From assembly GCA_963738305.1 (NCBI GenBank), contig CAVTVU010000012.1, forward strand, positions 40,302 through 104,301: a stretch of DNA of 64,000 bases, written 5' to 3'. Under the pieces are notes generated by a model that was not told the DNA's origin, ran no database searches, and saw only the letters and a list, made by a program, of their open reading frames with translations. Below, piece after piece: positions 34,618 through 43,119 of this stretch (its first letter is position 1; each line of letters begins with the position of its first letter). Origin of the DNA: an uncultured Actinomycetes bacterium (lineage in GTDB: Bacteria > Actinomycetota > Thermoleophilia > Solirubrobacterales > 70-9). A program made the position numbers and the translations under genes.

Positions 34618-36867
34618 GTGAGAGCGATCACCGAGCCCGACGCCGCCGAGCAGCCCGTCGAGGCCACCGGGGCGCCGACCGCGGCGGGGACGGACCGGGT
34701 CGAACGGCTCCTCGCCGACCTCAACCGGCCCCAGCGCGAAGCTGTGGAGCACGCCGAGGGGCCATTGCTCGTGCTCGCCGGGGCCGGCTCGGGCAAGACC
34801 CGGGTCCTCACCCACCGGATCGCCTACCTGCTGGCCACCGGCCGCTCCCGGCCCGGCGAGATCCTCGCGATCACCTTCACCAACAAGGCGGCGACCGAGA
34901 TGCGGGAGCGGGTCGGGGGCCTGGTCGGCCGAGCGGTGCGGGCGATGTGGGTGACGACCTTCCACTCCGCCTGCGCGCGGATGCTCCGGGTCGACGCCGA
35001 ACGCCTCGGTTACTCGCGCGCCTTCACGATCTACGACGAGGCCGACTCGCTACGAATGATCAAGCGCTGCATGGCCGAGCTGGAGATCGACCCGAAGCGT
35101 TTCCCGCCGCGTGCGCTCCGCGCCCAGATTTCGGGGGCCAAGAACCGCCTGGTGGACGCGGTCGCCTTCGCCGAGGCGCAGGGGTCGGTCTTCGAGGAGA
35201 CCGCCGCCGAGGTCTTCACGCTCTACGAGAAGCGGATGCTCGAAGCAAACGCGATGGACTTCGACGACCTGCTGGTGCGCACGGTCAACGTGATGGAGCT
35301 GTTCGAAGCATCGCGCGAGCGCTGGCGGAACGCCTTCCGCCACGTGCTCGTCGACGAGTACCAGGACACCAACCGCGCCCAGTACAGGCTGCTGCAGCTC
35401 CTCGCCGGTTCCGAGCAGAACCTGATGGTCGTCGGCGATGACTTCCAGTCGATCTACAGCTTCCGGGCCGCCGAGATCCGCAACATCCTCGACTTCGAGA
35501 GCGACTTCCCGGCCGCCGAGGTGGTCAAGCTCGAGCAGAACTACCGTTCCACTAAGACGATTCTCGGCGCCGCAAACGCGCTGATCGAGCGCAACCGATC
35601 CAACCGGCCGAAGACCCTGTGGACCGAGATCGAGGGCGGTGAGCCGGTGCAGCTCTCCGAGCTAGCCGACGAGCACGAGGAGGCTCGCTGGGTCGCGGGG
35701 GAGATCGAGCGGCTGGAGAGCGAGGAGGGGGTCCGGCGCGAGGACGTCGCCGTCTTCTACCGCACCAATGCGATGAGCCGGGTGCTCGAGGACACCCTCG
35801 TCCGCTTCGAGCTTCCGTACCAGGTGATCGGCGGCACCAAGTTCTACGAACGGGCCGAGATCAAGGACGCGATCGCCTACCTCAGCCTGCTCGCCAACCC
35901 CTCTGACGCGGTCTCGTTCGGCCGCATCGTCAACTCACCGCGGCGCGGGATCGGCGCGACCAGCCAGGCGCGGCTGCTCTCGCACTCCAACACCACCGGT
36001 CTGCCGATCTGGGAGATTGCGGCGGCGCCAGATCGGGTCCCCGGCCTTGGCGCCGCCGCGGTCAAGGCGGTGGGCCGGTTCAGCGAGACCATCGAGGGAT
36101 TGCGGGAGCGGGCCGACGGTCCGGTGGCCAAGCTGCTGGAGGCAACCCTGCACGAGGCCGGGTACCTGGAGGCGCTGGAGGCCGAGCGAACGATCGAGGC
36201 GGAGGGCCGGATCGAGAACCTCGGCGAGCTGATCGGGGTGGCGACCGAGTTCGACGCCAACCGCGAGATCGAGGGCGCCGCCGGCGTCAGCGCGCTGGAG
36301 GAGTTCCTCCAGCAGATCTCCCTCTACACCGAACAGGACAGCATCCGCGAGGAATCCCTGATCACGCTGATGACACTGCACAATGCCAAGGGACTCGAGT
36401 ACGACACTGTCTTCATGGTCGGTTGCGAGGAGGGGGTCTTCCCGCACATGCGGGCGCTGGAGGAGGGGGGAGAGGAGGAGGAGCGCCGCCTCTGCTACGT
36501 CGGCCTCACCCGCGCACGCCGCCGTCTCTATCTGACCTGGGCGCGAGAGCGGCGCGTCTTCGGCGGTCGGCCCGAGCGCAACGTGCCCTCGCGCTTCATC
36601 GACGAGCTGCCGGTCGAGTTGACCGAGCGGCATTCCAGCGCCCCCGGGGCCGGCGTCGCGACCTGGGGCGCCGCGACAGGCGCGGCTGCCCCGGCGCAGC
36701 CCGGACCGGCGCTGGAGCTGGAGACAGGGGACGACGTCGTCCACGCCAGCTTCGGCGAAGGCGTCGTCACGGCGGTCGAGCCGGGCGGCGTGATCGTCGT
36801 CCGCTTCGCCGATGATGGGTCGGAGCGCAAGCTGATGGCCGACTACGCGCCGGTACGCAGGCGCTGA
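34618..36867 (+). CDS. pcrA: ATP-dependent DNA helicase PcrA/UvrD
   Basis: LNRPQREAV...LLVLAGAGSGKTRVLTHRIAYL, ILAITFTNKAA, VLVDEYQDTN, MVVGDDFQSIYSFRAA, LEQNYRS, TLMTLHNAKGLEYDTVF, ERRLCYVGLTRARRRL. Confidence 0.9.
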   Translation: MRAITEPDAAEQPVEATGAPTAAGTDRVERLLADLNRPQREAVEHAEGPLLVLAGAGSGKTRVLTHRIAYLLATGRSRPGEILAITFTNKAATEMRERVGGLVGRAVRAMWVTTFHSACARMLRVDAERLGYSRAFTIYDEADSLRMIKRCMAELEIDPKRFPPRALRAQISGAKNRLVDAVAFAEAQGSVFEETAAEVFTLYEKRMLEANAMDFDDLLVRTVNVMELFEASRERWRNAFRHVLVDEYQDTNRAQYRLLQLLAGSEQNLMVVGDDFQSIYSFRAAEIRNILDFESDFPAAEVVKLEQNYRSTKTILGAANALIERNRSNRPKTLWTEIEGGEPVQLSELADEHEEARWVAGEIERLESEEGVRREDVAVFYRTNAMSRVLEDTLVRFELPYQVIGGTKFYERAEIKDAIAYLSLLANPSDAVSFGRIVNSPRRGIGATSQARLLSHSNTTGLPIWEIAAAPDRVPGLGAAAVKAVGRFSETIEGLRERADGPVAKLLEATLHEAGYLEALEAERTIEAEGRIENLGELIGVATEFDANREIEGAAGVSALEEFLQQISLYTEQDSIREESLITLMTLHNAKGLEYDTVFMVGCEEGVFPHMRALEEGGEEEERRLCYVGLTRARRRLYLTWARERRVFGGRPERNVPSRFIDELPVELTERHSSAPGAGVATWGAATGAAAPAQPGPALELETGDDVVHASFGEGVVTAVEPGGVIVVRFADDGSERKLMADYAPVRRR

Positions 36868-37727
36868 TGGCCGCACGCGTGATCGACGGCAAGGCCGTCT
36901 CGGCCGATGTCCGCGAGCGGGTGCGGGGCGAGGTCATCGAGTACGTGGCCGAGACCGGGCGGATCCCAAGCCTGGCGACGGTGCTGGTCGGGGAGGATCC
37001 GGCATCCCACATCTACGTCGCCAACAAGCACCGCGCCTGCGAGGAGGCCGGGATGCGCTCCGTGCATCACGAGCTGCCTGAGGACACTTCCGAGGGCGAG
37101 CTGCTCCTGCTGATCCACCGTCTCAACAGCGATGACGAGGTGGACGGAATCCTCGTCCAGATTCCGCTGCCCGATCACATCCGTCCGGAGAGGATCGTCG
37201 CCGAGCTCAACCCCGGCAAGGACGTCGACGGGCTCACCCCGACCAGCGCCGGTCTGCTTGCGAACGGCACCCCCGGCCTGGTGCCCTGCACACCGGCCGG
37301 CGTGATCGAGCTGCTCGATCACGGAGGCGTTGATCTGGAGGGCGCGGAGGCCGTCGTCGTGGGTCGCTCCAGCCTCGTCGGCCGCCCCCTCGCGAGCCTG
37401 CTGCTCGGGCGCAATGCGACCGTGACGACCTGCCACTCACGGACCCGTGACCTCGACGGGACCTGCGCCCGGGCCGATGTCCTCGTCGCCGCGGTCGGCG
37501 TGCCTGAGCTGATCGGCGCCGCGGCCGTGAAGCCCGGCGCGACGGTGATCGACGTGGGAATGAACCGCACCGAGGACGGGCTCAAGGGGGACGTCGACTT
37601 CGAACCGGTGAGCGCCGTGGCCGCGACGCTGACACCGGTGCCGGGAGGGGTCGGCCCGATGACGATCGCGATGCTGATGGTCAACACGTTGCAGGCGGCT
37701 AAGGGGCGGGCGGCCGGCGGCCGATAA
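36867..37727 (+). CDS. folD: bifunctional methylenetetrahydrofolate dehydrogenase/cyclohydrolase
   Basis: VIDGKAVSADV...LATVLVGEDPASHIYVANKHRAC...DGILVQIPLP...VVVGRSSLVGRPLASLLL...PVPGGVGPMTIAMLM. Confidence 0.95.
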   Translation: MAARVIDGKAVSADVRERVRGEVIEYVAETGRIPSLATVLVGEDPASHIYVANKHRACEEAGMRSVHHELPEDTSEGELLLLIHRLNSDDEVDGILVQIPLPDHIRPERIVAELNPGKDVDGLTPTSAGLLANGTPGLVPCTPAGVIELLDHGGVDLEGAEAVVVGRSSLVGRPLASLLLGRNATVTTCHSRTRDLDGTCARADVLVAAVGVPELIGAAAVKPGATVIDVGMNRTEDGLKGDVDFEPVSAVAATLTPVPGGVGPMTIAMLMVNTLQAAKGRAAGGR

Positions 37728-37840
37728 GGCGGTCGTAAACGGCTTGCGAATGCGGCCTGGACGGAAGCTCGGGAGTCGGATTTTCCGCCGTCTGAGCGGT
37801 GTACCCTGGCCTCGACCCCAGTCTGAAGGAGGAGTCTCAA

Positions 37841-38452
37841 ATGGACCTAGATCGGCTTGGAACGGGCGAGAAGATCGCGGCTGTTTCGGGAATCCTGCTC
37901 TTCGTCTTCATGTTCCTGGATTGGTACAGCGTCTCGGTCTCGGCCGGTGGGCTGTCGGCGAGCGGGACGGGAGGCAACGCCTGGGACTGGCTCGACTGGA
38001 TCCCGATCTTCCTCGTGATCACGATCGCCGTGGCGATCGGCCACGCCCTTATAGAGGCCAGCGAGACCGACCTCAACGCGCCGCTCCATGGCAGCACCGC
38101 CACCACTGTGCTGGGGGCGATCAGCGTCCTGCTCATCCTCTTCCGGATCATCGACACCCCCGGAGGAGGGGCAGTCGTCGTCGGCGGCTCCGTGGACGTC
38201 TCACCGGCGTTCGGCATCTTCCTCTCGCTGATCGCCGCAGGGGGCATCGCCTACGGCGGATACCGCGGCATGCAGGAGGCCGACGTCTCCTTTGCGGATG
38301 CGGCGGACCAGTTCTCCGGCAGCGGCGCCGCCACCGGCGGGGGCCAGGCTGCGGCACCTCCTCCACCGCCACCGCCCCCGCCTCCACCGCCTCCGCCCGC
38401 TGCGCCCACGGAGACGCCTCCACCCCCGCCGCCCGCAGGCGGGACGCAGTAG
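37841..38452 (+). CDS. membrane protein with polyproline C-terminal tail
   Basis: A strong SD (GAAGGAGG) precedes ATG 37841. There are four hydrophobic helices (IAAVSGILLFVFMFLDWY, WIPIFLVITIAVAIG, TTVLGAISVLLILF, FGIFLSLIAAGGIAYGG). The tail reads AAPPPPPPPPPPPPPPAAPTETPPPPPPAGGTQ. Confidence 0.65.
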   Translation: MDLDRLGTGEKIAAVSGILLFVFMFLDWYSVSVSAGGLSASGTGGNAWDWLDWIPIFLVITIAVAIGHALIEASETDLNAPLHGSTATTVLGAISVLLILFRIIDTPGGGAVVVGGSVDVSPAFGIFLSLIAAGGIAYGGYRGMQEADVSFADAADQFSGSGAATGGGQAAAPPPPPPPPPPPPPPAAPTETPPPPPPAGGTQ

Positions 38453-38516
38453 GCCTCGAGCCCCTTGCCCGGGCCCCACGCGGGCCCGGGCAGGCGCCCT
38501 CCCCTGAGGCGGACGC

Positions 38517-38897
38517 GTGAGCCCCGGGAGGGTCCGCCGCGGGGAGCTGGTCGCCGGGATGGGCGGGGTCGTCCTGCTGATCTCGCTGTTCCTGCCGTGG
38601 TTCGAGCCCGGCCGCAGCGGCTTCGACTCGCTCGCGGTGGCCGACCTCCTCGTCGCCGCGGCGGCGCTGACAGCGATCGCGCTGCCGCTGCTCTCGGCCG
38701 GGAACGAGAAGACCGACGTACCCATCGTCGCAGCCACCGTGGCCGTGATCGGCTCGCTGGTCGCCATCGCGATCGTCGCCTACCGGCTGCTCGACCCGGT
38801 CGGTGGAGGGCGGGAATCCGGGCTCTACCTGGCCCTGGCGGCGGCGTTGGTCACCCTCGCGGGCTCCTACTCGGCGATGGCCGACGAGGACGGCTAG
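38517..38897 (+). CDS. membrane protein, shorter paralog of 37841-38452
   Basis: It has the same helix pattern: LVAGMGGVVLLISLFLPWF, LLVAAAALTAIALPLL, ATVAVIGSLVAIAIVAYRLLDP, LYLALAAALVTLAGSY. Confidence 0.6.
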   Translation: MSPGRVRRGELVAGMGGVVLLISLFLPWFEPGRSGFDSLAVADLLVAAAALTAIALPLLSAGNEKTDVPIVAATVAVIGSLVAIAIVAYRLLDPVGGGRESGLYLALAAALVTLAGSYSAMADEDG

Positions 38898-38901
38898 CCG
38901 C

Positions 38902-38929
38902 GGGGCACTGACGGAAGACCAAGTGCCCC
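38902..38929 (+). terminator. stem-loop after the stop codon (no U-tract)
   Basis: GGGGCACT-12 nt-AGTGCCCC, an 8-bp perfect stem beginning 5 nt after TAG 38895-38897. Confidence 0.3.
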
Positions 38930-38947
38930 AAGGGGTGGACGATCGCC

Positions 38948-38996
38948 GACGTGGGACCTTTCAACCTCGCATAGCGCAGCTCAAAGGTCCCACGTC
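38948..38996. repeat. 49-nt inverted-repeat element, family 2, copy B
   Basis: ACGTGGGACCTTT-CAACCTCGCATAGCGCAGCTC-AAAGGTCCCACGT, with a perfect 13-bp stem and a 21-nt loop. It lies between convergent genes and touches the stop of the GMC oxidoreductase gene. Confidence 0.6.
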
Positions 38997-40845
38997 ACGT
39001 GTCTTCGAGCCGGCCGGCGACGGCCGCGGCCACCCGTTTGGAGAAGGCGATCACGGTCATCATCGGGTTGACGCCGACCGAGGTGGGGAAGAGGCTGGCG
39101 TCGACCACGTGCAGCCCCTCGACGCCGCGGAGGCGCCCCGCGGGGTCGCATGCACCCCGTTCTGGGTCAGCGGCGATCCGCGCCGTGCCCATCGGGTGGA
39201 AGGCCTCCAGCCGCAGCTCGGCGGGACGGAACCGGCCAGCCTCGAATTCCGCCAGCTCGCCTGGCCGGAGAACTGCGGCGCGGCCGATGTTCGGGTAGAC
39301 CTCTGTGGCTCCCGCGGCGAAGTGGACCTCTGCCGCGCGGGCGATGCCGAAGGTCAGCCGCGCGGCATCCTCGCCGCTCAGCGCGTAGGTGGCCCGCAGG
39401 GAGCCGTCGCCGGCCAGCCCGATCCGGCCCCGAGAGCGGTCGGACAGATGCACCCCGATCGAGCCGATGCTGGCGAAGCCGAGCATGGCGCGCTGGTGCT
39501 CGCGCCCGGTCCCTGGCAACCACGCTCCTCCGAAGGGCAGCGGGGTGAAGGTCGCCTCCAGAAGGATCGACTGCGGCTCCCACTGGTCGATGTAGTAGCT
39601 CTGCATCACGCCCTCCCAGCCGCGGACCTCCTCCGGGTAGGAGGCGCCGACCCAGCAGGCGGGGTGGATGTGGAGGTTGCGGCCCACCTGCGGGCCGCCG
39701 AGGCCGGATCGCAGCAGCAATTCGGGCGTCCCCAGCGCTCCCGCCGCGAGGAGCACGGTCCGCGCTCGCACCGTGTAAGGCCGCCGCGAGCCGTTGGACT
39801 CGCCACCCCCCCCGGCCAGGCACTCGACACCGCGGGCACGACCCCGCTCGACGATGATCCCGGTGACTTCGACGTTCGCCCGGAGTTGGGCACCTGCCGC
39901 GACCGCTCGGGGCAGGTAGGAGACGTGCATCCCTCGCTTCGCGTCTATCGCGCAGCCGAACGGGCAGGAGCTGCACTGCACGCAGTCCCCGGCGTTGCGC
40001 GAGATCGGGCCGCCGCTGGCACCGAGGGCGGCGGCCCCTTCCATTGCCAGCTGCCCGTTCCGCCCCATCCGCTCCGGATCGAGCGGCGTGACCCGCAGAA
40101 ACTCTTCCGCCTCGGAGTACTCGGCGTCGAGGTCGCCGGCCCAATCGACGCCGAACTCGCCGCGCCAGCGGTCGAGGACGGGATCCGGGGCCCGGAAGCA
40201 GGTGCCCGAGTTGATCACGGTCGTGCCCCCGACCGCGCGTCCGACCGGGATCGGGACCGGCGGGCGTCCTTCGGCGACGGTCAGACCGCCCTCGCGGTAG
40301 AGACTGGCGATTGCCTGCAGCGGGTCGGCCGGGTAGCTCGAACGGTCGAAGTGCCCGCCGGCCTCCAGCACGATCACGTCGAGTCCCGCCTCGGCCAGGC
40401 TGGCCGCGGCCACCGCGCCGCCTGCTCCCGAGCCGACGATCACCACGTCGCACTCCTCGCCCCCGGACGGCGGCGAGGTATCCCCGAGCGGTCCAGTCGG
40501 CTCGGGGCTCGCTCCGTCGGCCAGAGCGCACTCGGTCGAGTACCCCACCCGTTCCCGCACCTCCGGCGCGACGGCGTAGCCGAGGGTGGAGAGCACCTTG
40601 GCCATCAACAGCAGATCGCGGTAGGGACCGAAGCGGGACCCCTCCATGCGCGCGAGGAAGTCCTCGCGGGCGCCGAGGTCGAGGCGGCTGAAGCGCCAGG
40701 GGAAGGGCAGTAGCTCGAAGCCGCGCAGGGCGAGTCGCAGGCGCCTCAGGTTGCGTGGAGGCAGCCCGGCGAGAAAGCGGGCGACCGGGGCCGATACCTC
40801 GACCTCGACCTCGGCTGCGGGCAGGCCGTCGACCCCGGGGGCCAT
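38995..40845 (-). CDS. GMC-family FAD-dependent oxidoreductase
   Basis: CDVVIVGSGAGGAVAAASLAEAGLDVIVLEAGG (FAD βαβ motif), GGTTVINSG, HPMGTARIA..., VVDASLFPTSVGVNP. There is an N-terminal extension of about 130 aa. Confidence 0.85.
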   Translation of the reverse strand: MAPGVDGLPAAEVEVEVSAPVARFLAGLPPRNLRRLRLALRGFELLPFPWRFSRLDLGAREDFLARMEGSRFGPYRDLLLMAKVLSTLGYAVAPEVRERVGYSTECALADGASPEPTGPLGDTSPPSGGEECDVVIVGSGAGGAVAAASLAEAGLDVIVLEAGGHFDRSSYPADPLQAIASLYREGGLTVAEGRPPVPIPVGRAVGGTTVINSGTCFRAPDPVLDRWRGEFGVDWAGDLDAEYSEAEEFLRVTPLDPERMGRNGQLAMEGAAALGASGGPISRNAGDCVQCSSCPFGCAIDAKRGMHVSYLPRAVAAGAQLRANVEVTGIIVERGRARGVECLAGGGGESNGSRRPYTVRARTVLLAAGALGTPELLLRSGLGGPQVGRNLHIHPACWVGASYPEEVRGWEGVMQSYYIDQWEPQSILLEATFTPLPFGGAWLPGTGREHQRAMLGFASIGSIGVHLSDRSRGRIGLAGDGSLRATYALSGEDAARLTFGIARAAEVHFAAGATEVYPNIGRAAVLRPGELAEFEAGRFRPAELRLEAFHPMGTARIAADPERGACDPAGRLRGVEGLHVVDASLFPTSVGVNPMMTVIAFSKRVAAAVAGRLEDT

Positions 40846-40905
40846 GGCCGCGCAAATCGCCGACAGGATGCGCCTCTCGGCGGCCGAGAGCCCCGGTGCG
40901 CGCCT

Positions 40906-41349
40906 TCAGCCAGGAGCGGCGGGGCGGCCGACGCGGCCGCACAGCGACCAGAGCCAGAGCGCCAGGATCGCCAGGTAGCCGTCGACCAGGAAGTTGAGGA
41001 GGTAGATGAAGACGTCGGAGTCGAAGAAGTAGAACGCGCCGGTGGTCAGCGAGGAGGCCGTCTTGCCGGCCGCCAGGACCAGAAGAAGGGGGCGGTAACG
41101 GACGATGTCGGCCTGTGCAACCGCGCAGATGCCGGCAATCACGACCATGTAGGCGAAGGCGAGCCCGAGCCAGAACTTCTCGGTCGTCTCGGTGGCACGG
41201 GTGAAGCTCCCGATGTCGTCGCCGAGATCGGAGATCACGTCGAGAACGCCGTTGGGGAAAAGGATGAAGAGGGCCCCGACCACCGCAAAGGTGACCGCGA
41301 GCAGCCGCAGGTTGGCGATGACGAACCGCTCTGCCCTCTCGCCTCGCAT
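40906..41349 (-). CDS. hypothetical integral membrane protein
   Basis: 147 aa with four predicted helices (LRLLAVTFAVVGALFILF, FWLGLAFAYMVVIAGICAV, LLLVLAAGKTASSLTTGAFYFF, IYLLNFLVDGYLAILALWLW). Confidence 0.6.
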   Translation of the reverse strand: MRGERAERFVIANLRLLAVTFAVVGALFILFPNGVLDVISDLGDDIGSFTRATETTEKFWLGLAFAYMVVIAGICAVAQADIVRYRPLLLVLAAGKTASSLTTGAFYFFDSDVFIYLLNFLVDGYLAILALWLWSLCGRVGRPAAPG

Positions 41350-41391
41350 CGCGGCGGGACTCTAACCCATCCCCTCCCTAATATCCCCGGC

Positions 41392-41682
41392 GTGATCGAC
41401 CGCGAGCGGGTGCTGCACGTCGCAAGGCTCTCGCGCCTGGCGTTGAGCGAGGCGGAGATCGAACGGATGGCCGGGGAGCTCTCGCACGTCCTCGACCACG
41501 TCGACCGGATCGCCGAGCTGGACCTCGACGAGGTCGAGCCGACCGCCCACGTTGTCGCTATGGAGAACGTGCTGCGCGAGGACGAGCCCCGCCCCAGCTG
41601 GCCGCGCGAGCGGGTGCTCGAGCCGGCGCCCGACCCCGAGGCCGGCGCCTTCCGGGTCCCGTCCCCGCAGGCTGAGGCGTAG
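41392..41682 (+). CDS. gatC: Asp/Glu-tRNA amidotransferase subunit C
   Basis: VLHVARLSRLALSEAEIERMAGELSHVLDHVDRIAELDLDEVEPTAHV. The gene is followed by gatA and gatB. Confidence 0.9.
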   Translation: MIDRERVLHVARLSRLALSEAEIERMAGELSHVLDHVDRIAELDLDEVEPTAHVVAMENVLREDEPRPSWPRERVLEPAPDPEAGAFRVPSPQAEA

Positions 41683-41685
41683 GCC

Positions 41686-43119
41686 ATGGAGATGCTCGAG
41701 CTGACGGTCGCCGAGGCGGCCCGGCGGATCGCAGCCGGCGAGCTGGGGGCAGACGAGTACCGCCGAGCCTGGCAGGAGGCCGCCGCCTCCGACGAGCTGA
41801 ACGCCTACCTGTGGACCGCCGAGGACGGAGCCGGCTCGCACCGCGCGGCGGGCTCGCTGGCCGGCATTCCGGTCGCCGTCAAGGACATCTTCTGCACCGA
41901 GGGGGTACCGACGACGGCCGGTTCGCGGATCCTCGAGGGATACGAGCCGCCCTACACGTCGACGGCGGTGCGCCACCTCACCGAGGCGGGCGCCACGCTG
42001 CTCGGCAAGACCAACATGGACGAGTTCGCGATGGGGTCCTCGAATGAGAACTCCGCCTACGGTCCGGTGCTCAACCCCTGGGACCGCGCTCGGGTGCCGG
42101 GCGGCTCCTCGGGGGGCTCGGCGGCGGCAGTTGCCGGCGGTCTGGCGCCCTGCGCGATTGGCACCGACACTGGCGGCTCGATCCGCCAGCCGGCGGCGCT
42201 CTGCGGGATCGTGGGCATGAAGCCGACCTACGGGGCCATATCGCGCTACGGGATGATCGCCTTCGCCTCCTCGCTTGACCAGTGCGGGCCGCTGACCCGG
42301 GACGTGACCGACGCCGCCCTGCTGCTCGGGGCGATGGAGGGCGGCGACCCCTGCGACGCGACATCGGTCGGGATCCCCGGGGGAATCGGCCTGCCCCGCC
42401 GCGAGGACCTGAGCGGCCTGCGCTTCGGCGTCCCAGCGGAGCTGGCGGGCGACGGGATGGAGGCCGGGGTTCGCTCGACGTTCGAGGCGACGCTGGCGGT
42501 GATCGAGCAGCTCGGCGGGGAGATCACCGAGGTCCCGCTGCCGCACGCCGAGCACGGCATCTCCGCCTACTACGTGCTCGCTCCGGCCGAAGCCTCGACC
42601 AACCTGGCCCGCTACGACGGCGTCCGTTACGGGCTCCGGGTCGACGGCGCCGATCTGCTCGAGATGTACGAGCGGACCAGGGCCGAGGGCTTCGGGGACG
42701 AGGTCAAGCGGCGGATCATGCTCGGGACCTACGCGCTCTCCTCCGGCTACTACGAGGCCTACTACGGCCGGGCCCAGCGGGTCCGGACGCGAATCGCCGA
42801 GGACTACGCCGGGGCCTTCGAGGCGGTCGACTATGTCGTCACCCCGACCTCCCCCTCGGTCGCCTTCGAGCTGGGGGCGAAGACAGACGACCCGCTGGAG
42901 ATGTACCTCAATGATTTCTTCACCGTGCCGATGCCTCTGGCCGGGATTCCAGCCATCTCGATCCCGGCCGGGCTGGCCGAGCCCGACGGGGGCGGACCGC
43001 AGCTGCCCGTCGGCTTCCAGCTCGCGGCCCCCGCCTTCGCCGAAGCCGGGCTGCTGGACGCTGCCTACGCGCTTGAGCAGGCGATCGGCTTCGACTCGAG
43101 GCCGGGGGGCGAGCGGTGA
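41686..43119 (+). CDS. gatA: Asp/Glu-tRNA amidotransferase subunit A
   Basis: Amidase signature: GIPVAVKDIFCTEG...GGSSGGSAAAVA...GTDTGGSIRQPAALCGIVGMKPTYG. Confidence 0.95.
   Translation: MEMLELTVAEAARRIAAGELGADEYRRAWQEAAASDELNAYLWTAEDGAGSHRAAGSLAGIPVAVKDIFCTEGVPTTAGSRILEGYEPPYTSTAVRHLTEAGATLLGKTNMDEFAMGSSNENSAYGPVLNPWDRARVPGGSSGGSAAAVAGGLAPCAIGTDTGGSIRQPAALCGIVGMKPTYGAISRYGMIAFASSLDQCGPLTRDVTDAALLLGAMEGGDPCDATSVGIPGGIGLPRREDLSGLRFGVPAELAGDGMEAGVRSTFEATLAVIEQLGGEITEVPLPHAEHGISAYYVLAPAEASTNLARYDGVRYGLRVDGADLLEMYERTRAEGFGDEVKRRIMLGTYALSSGYYEAYYGRAQRVRTRIAEDYAGAFEAVDYVVTPTSPSVAFELGAKTDDPLEMYLNDFFTVPMPLAGIPAISIPAGLAEPDGGGPQLPVGFQLAAPAFAEAGLLDAAYALEQAIGFDSRPGGER

Noticed and set aside
38341-38420. 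Short tandem-repeat-like DNA: the CCN run (polyproline) here, GCNCAG-type repeats at 18090-18170, and ACC/ACG runs at 14690-14800. These were considered as possible repeat arrays or CRISPR-like features.
   Set aside because: They are in-frame low-complexity coding tracts (poly-Pro, AAQ/AEQ, Thr/Pro). There is no repeat-spacer organisation.
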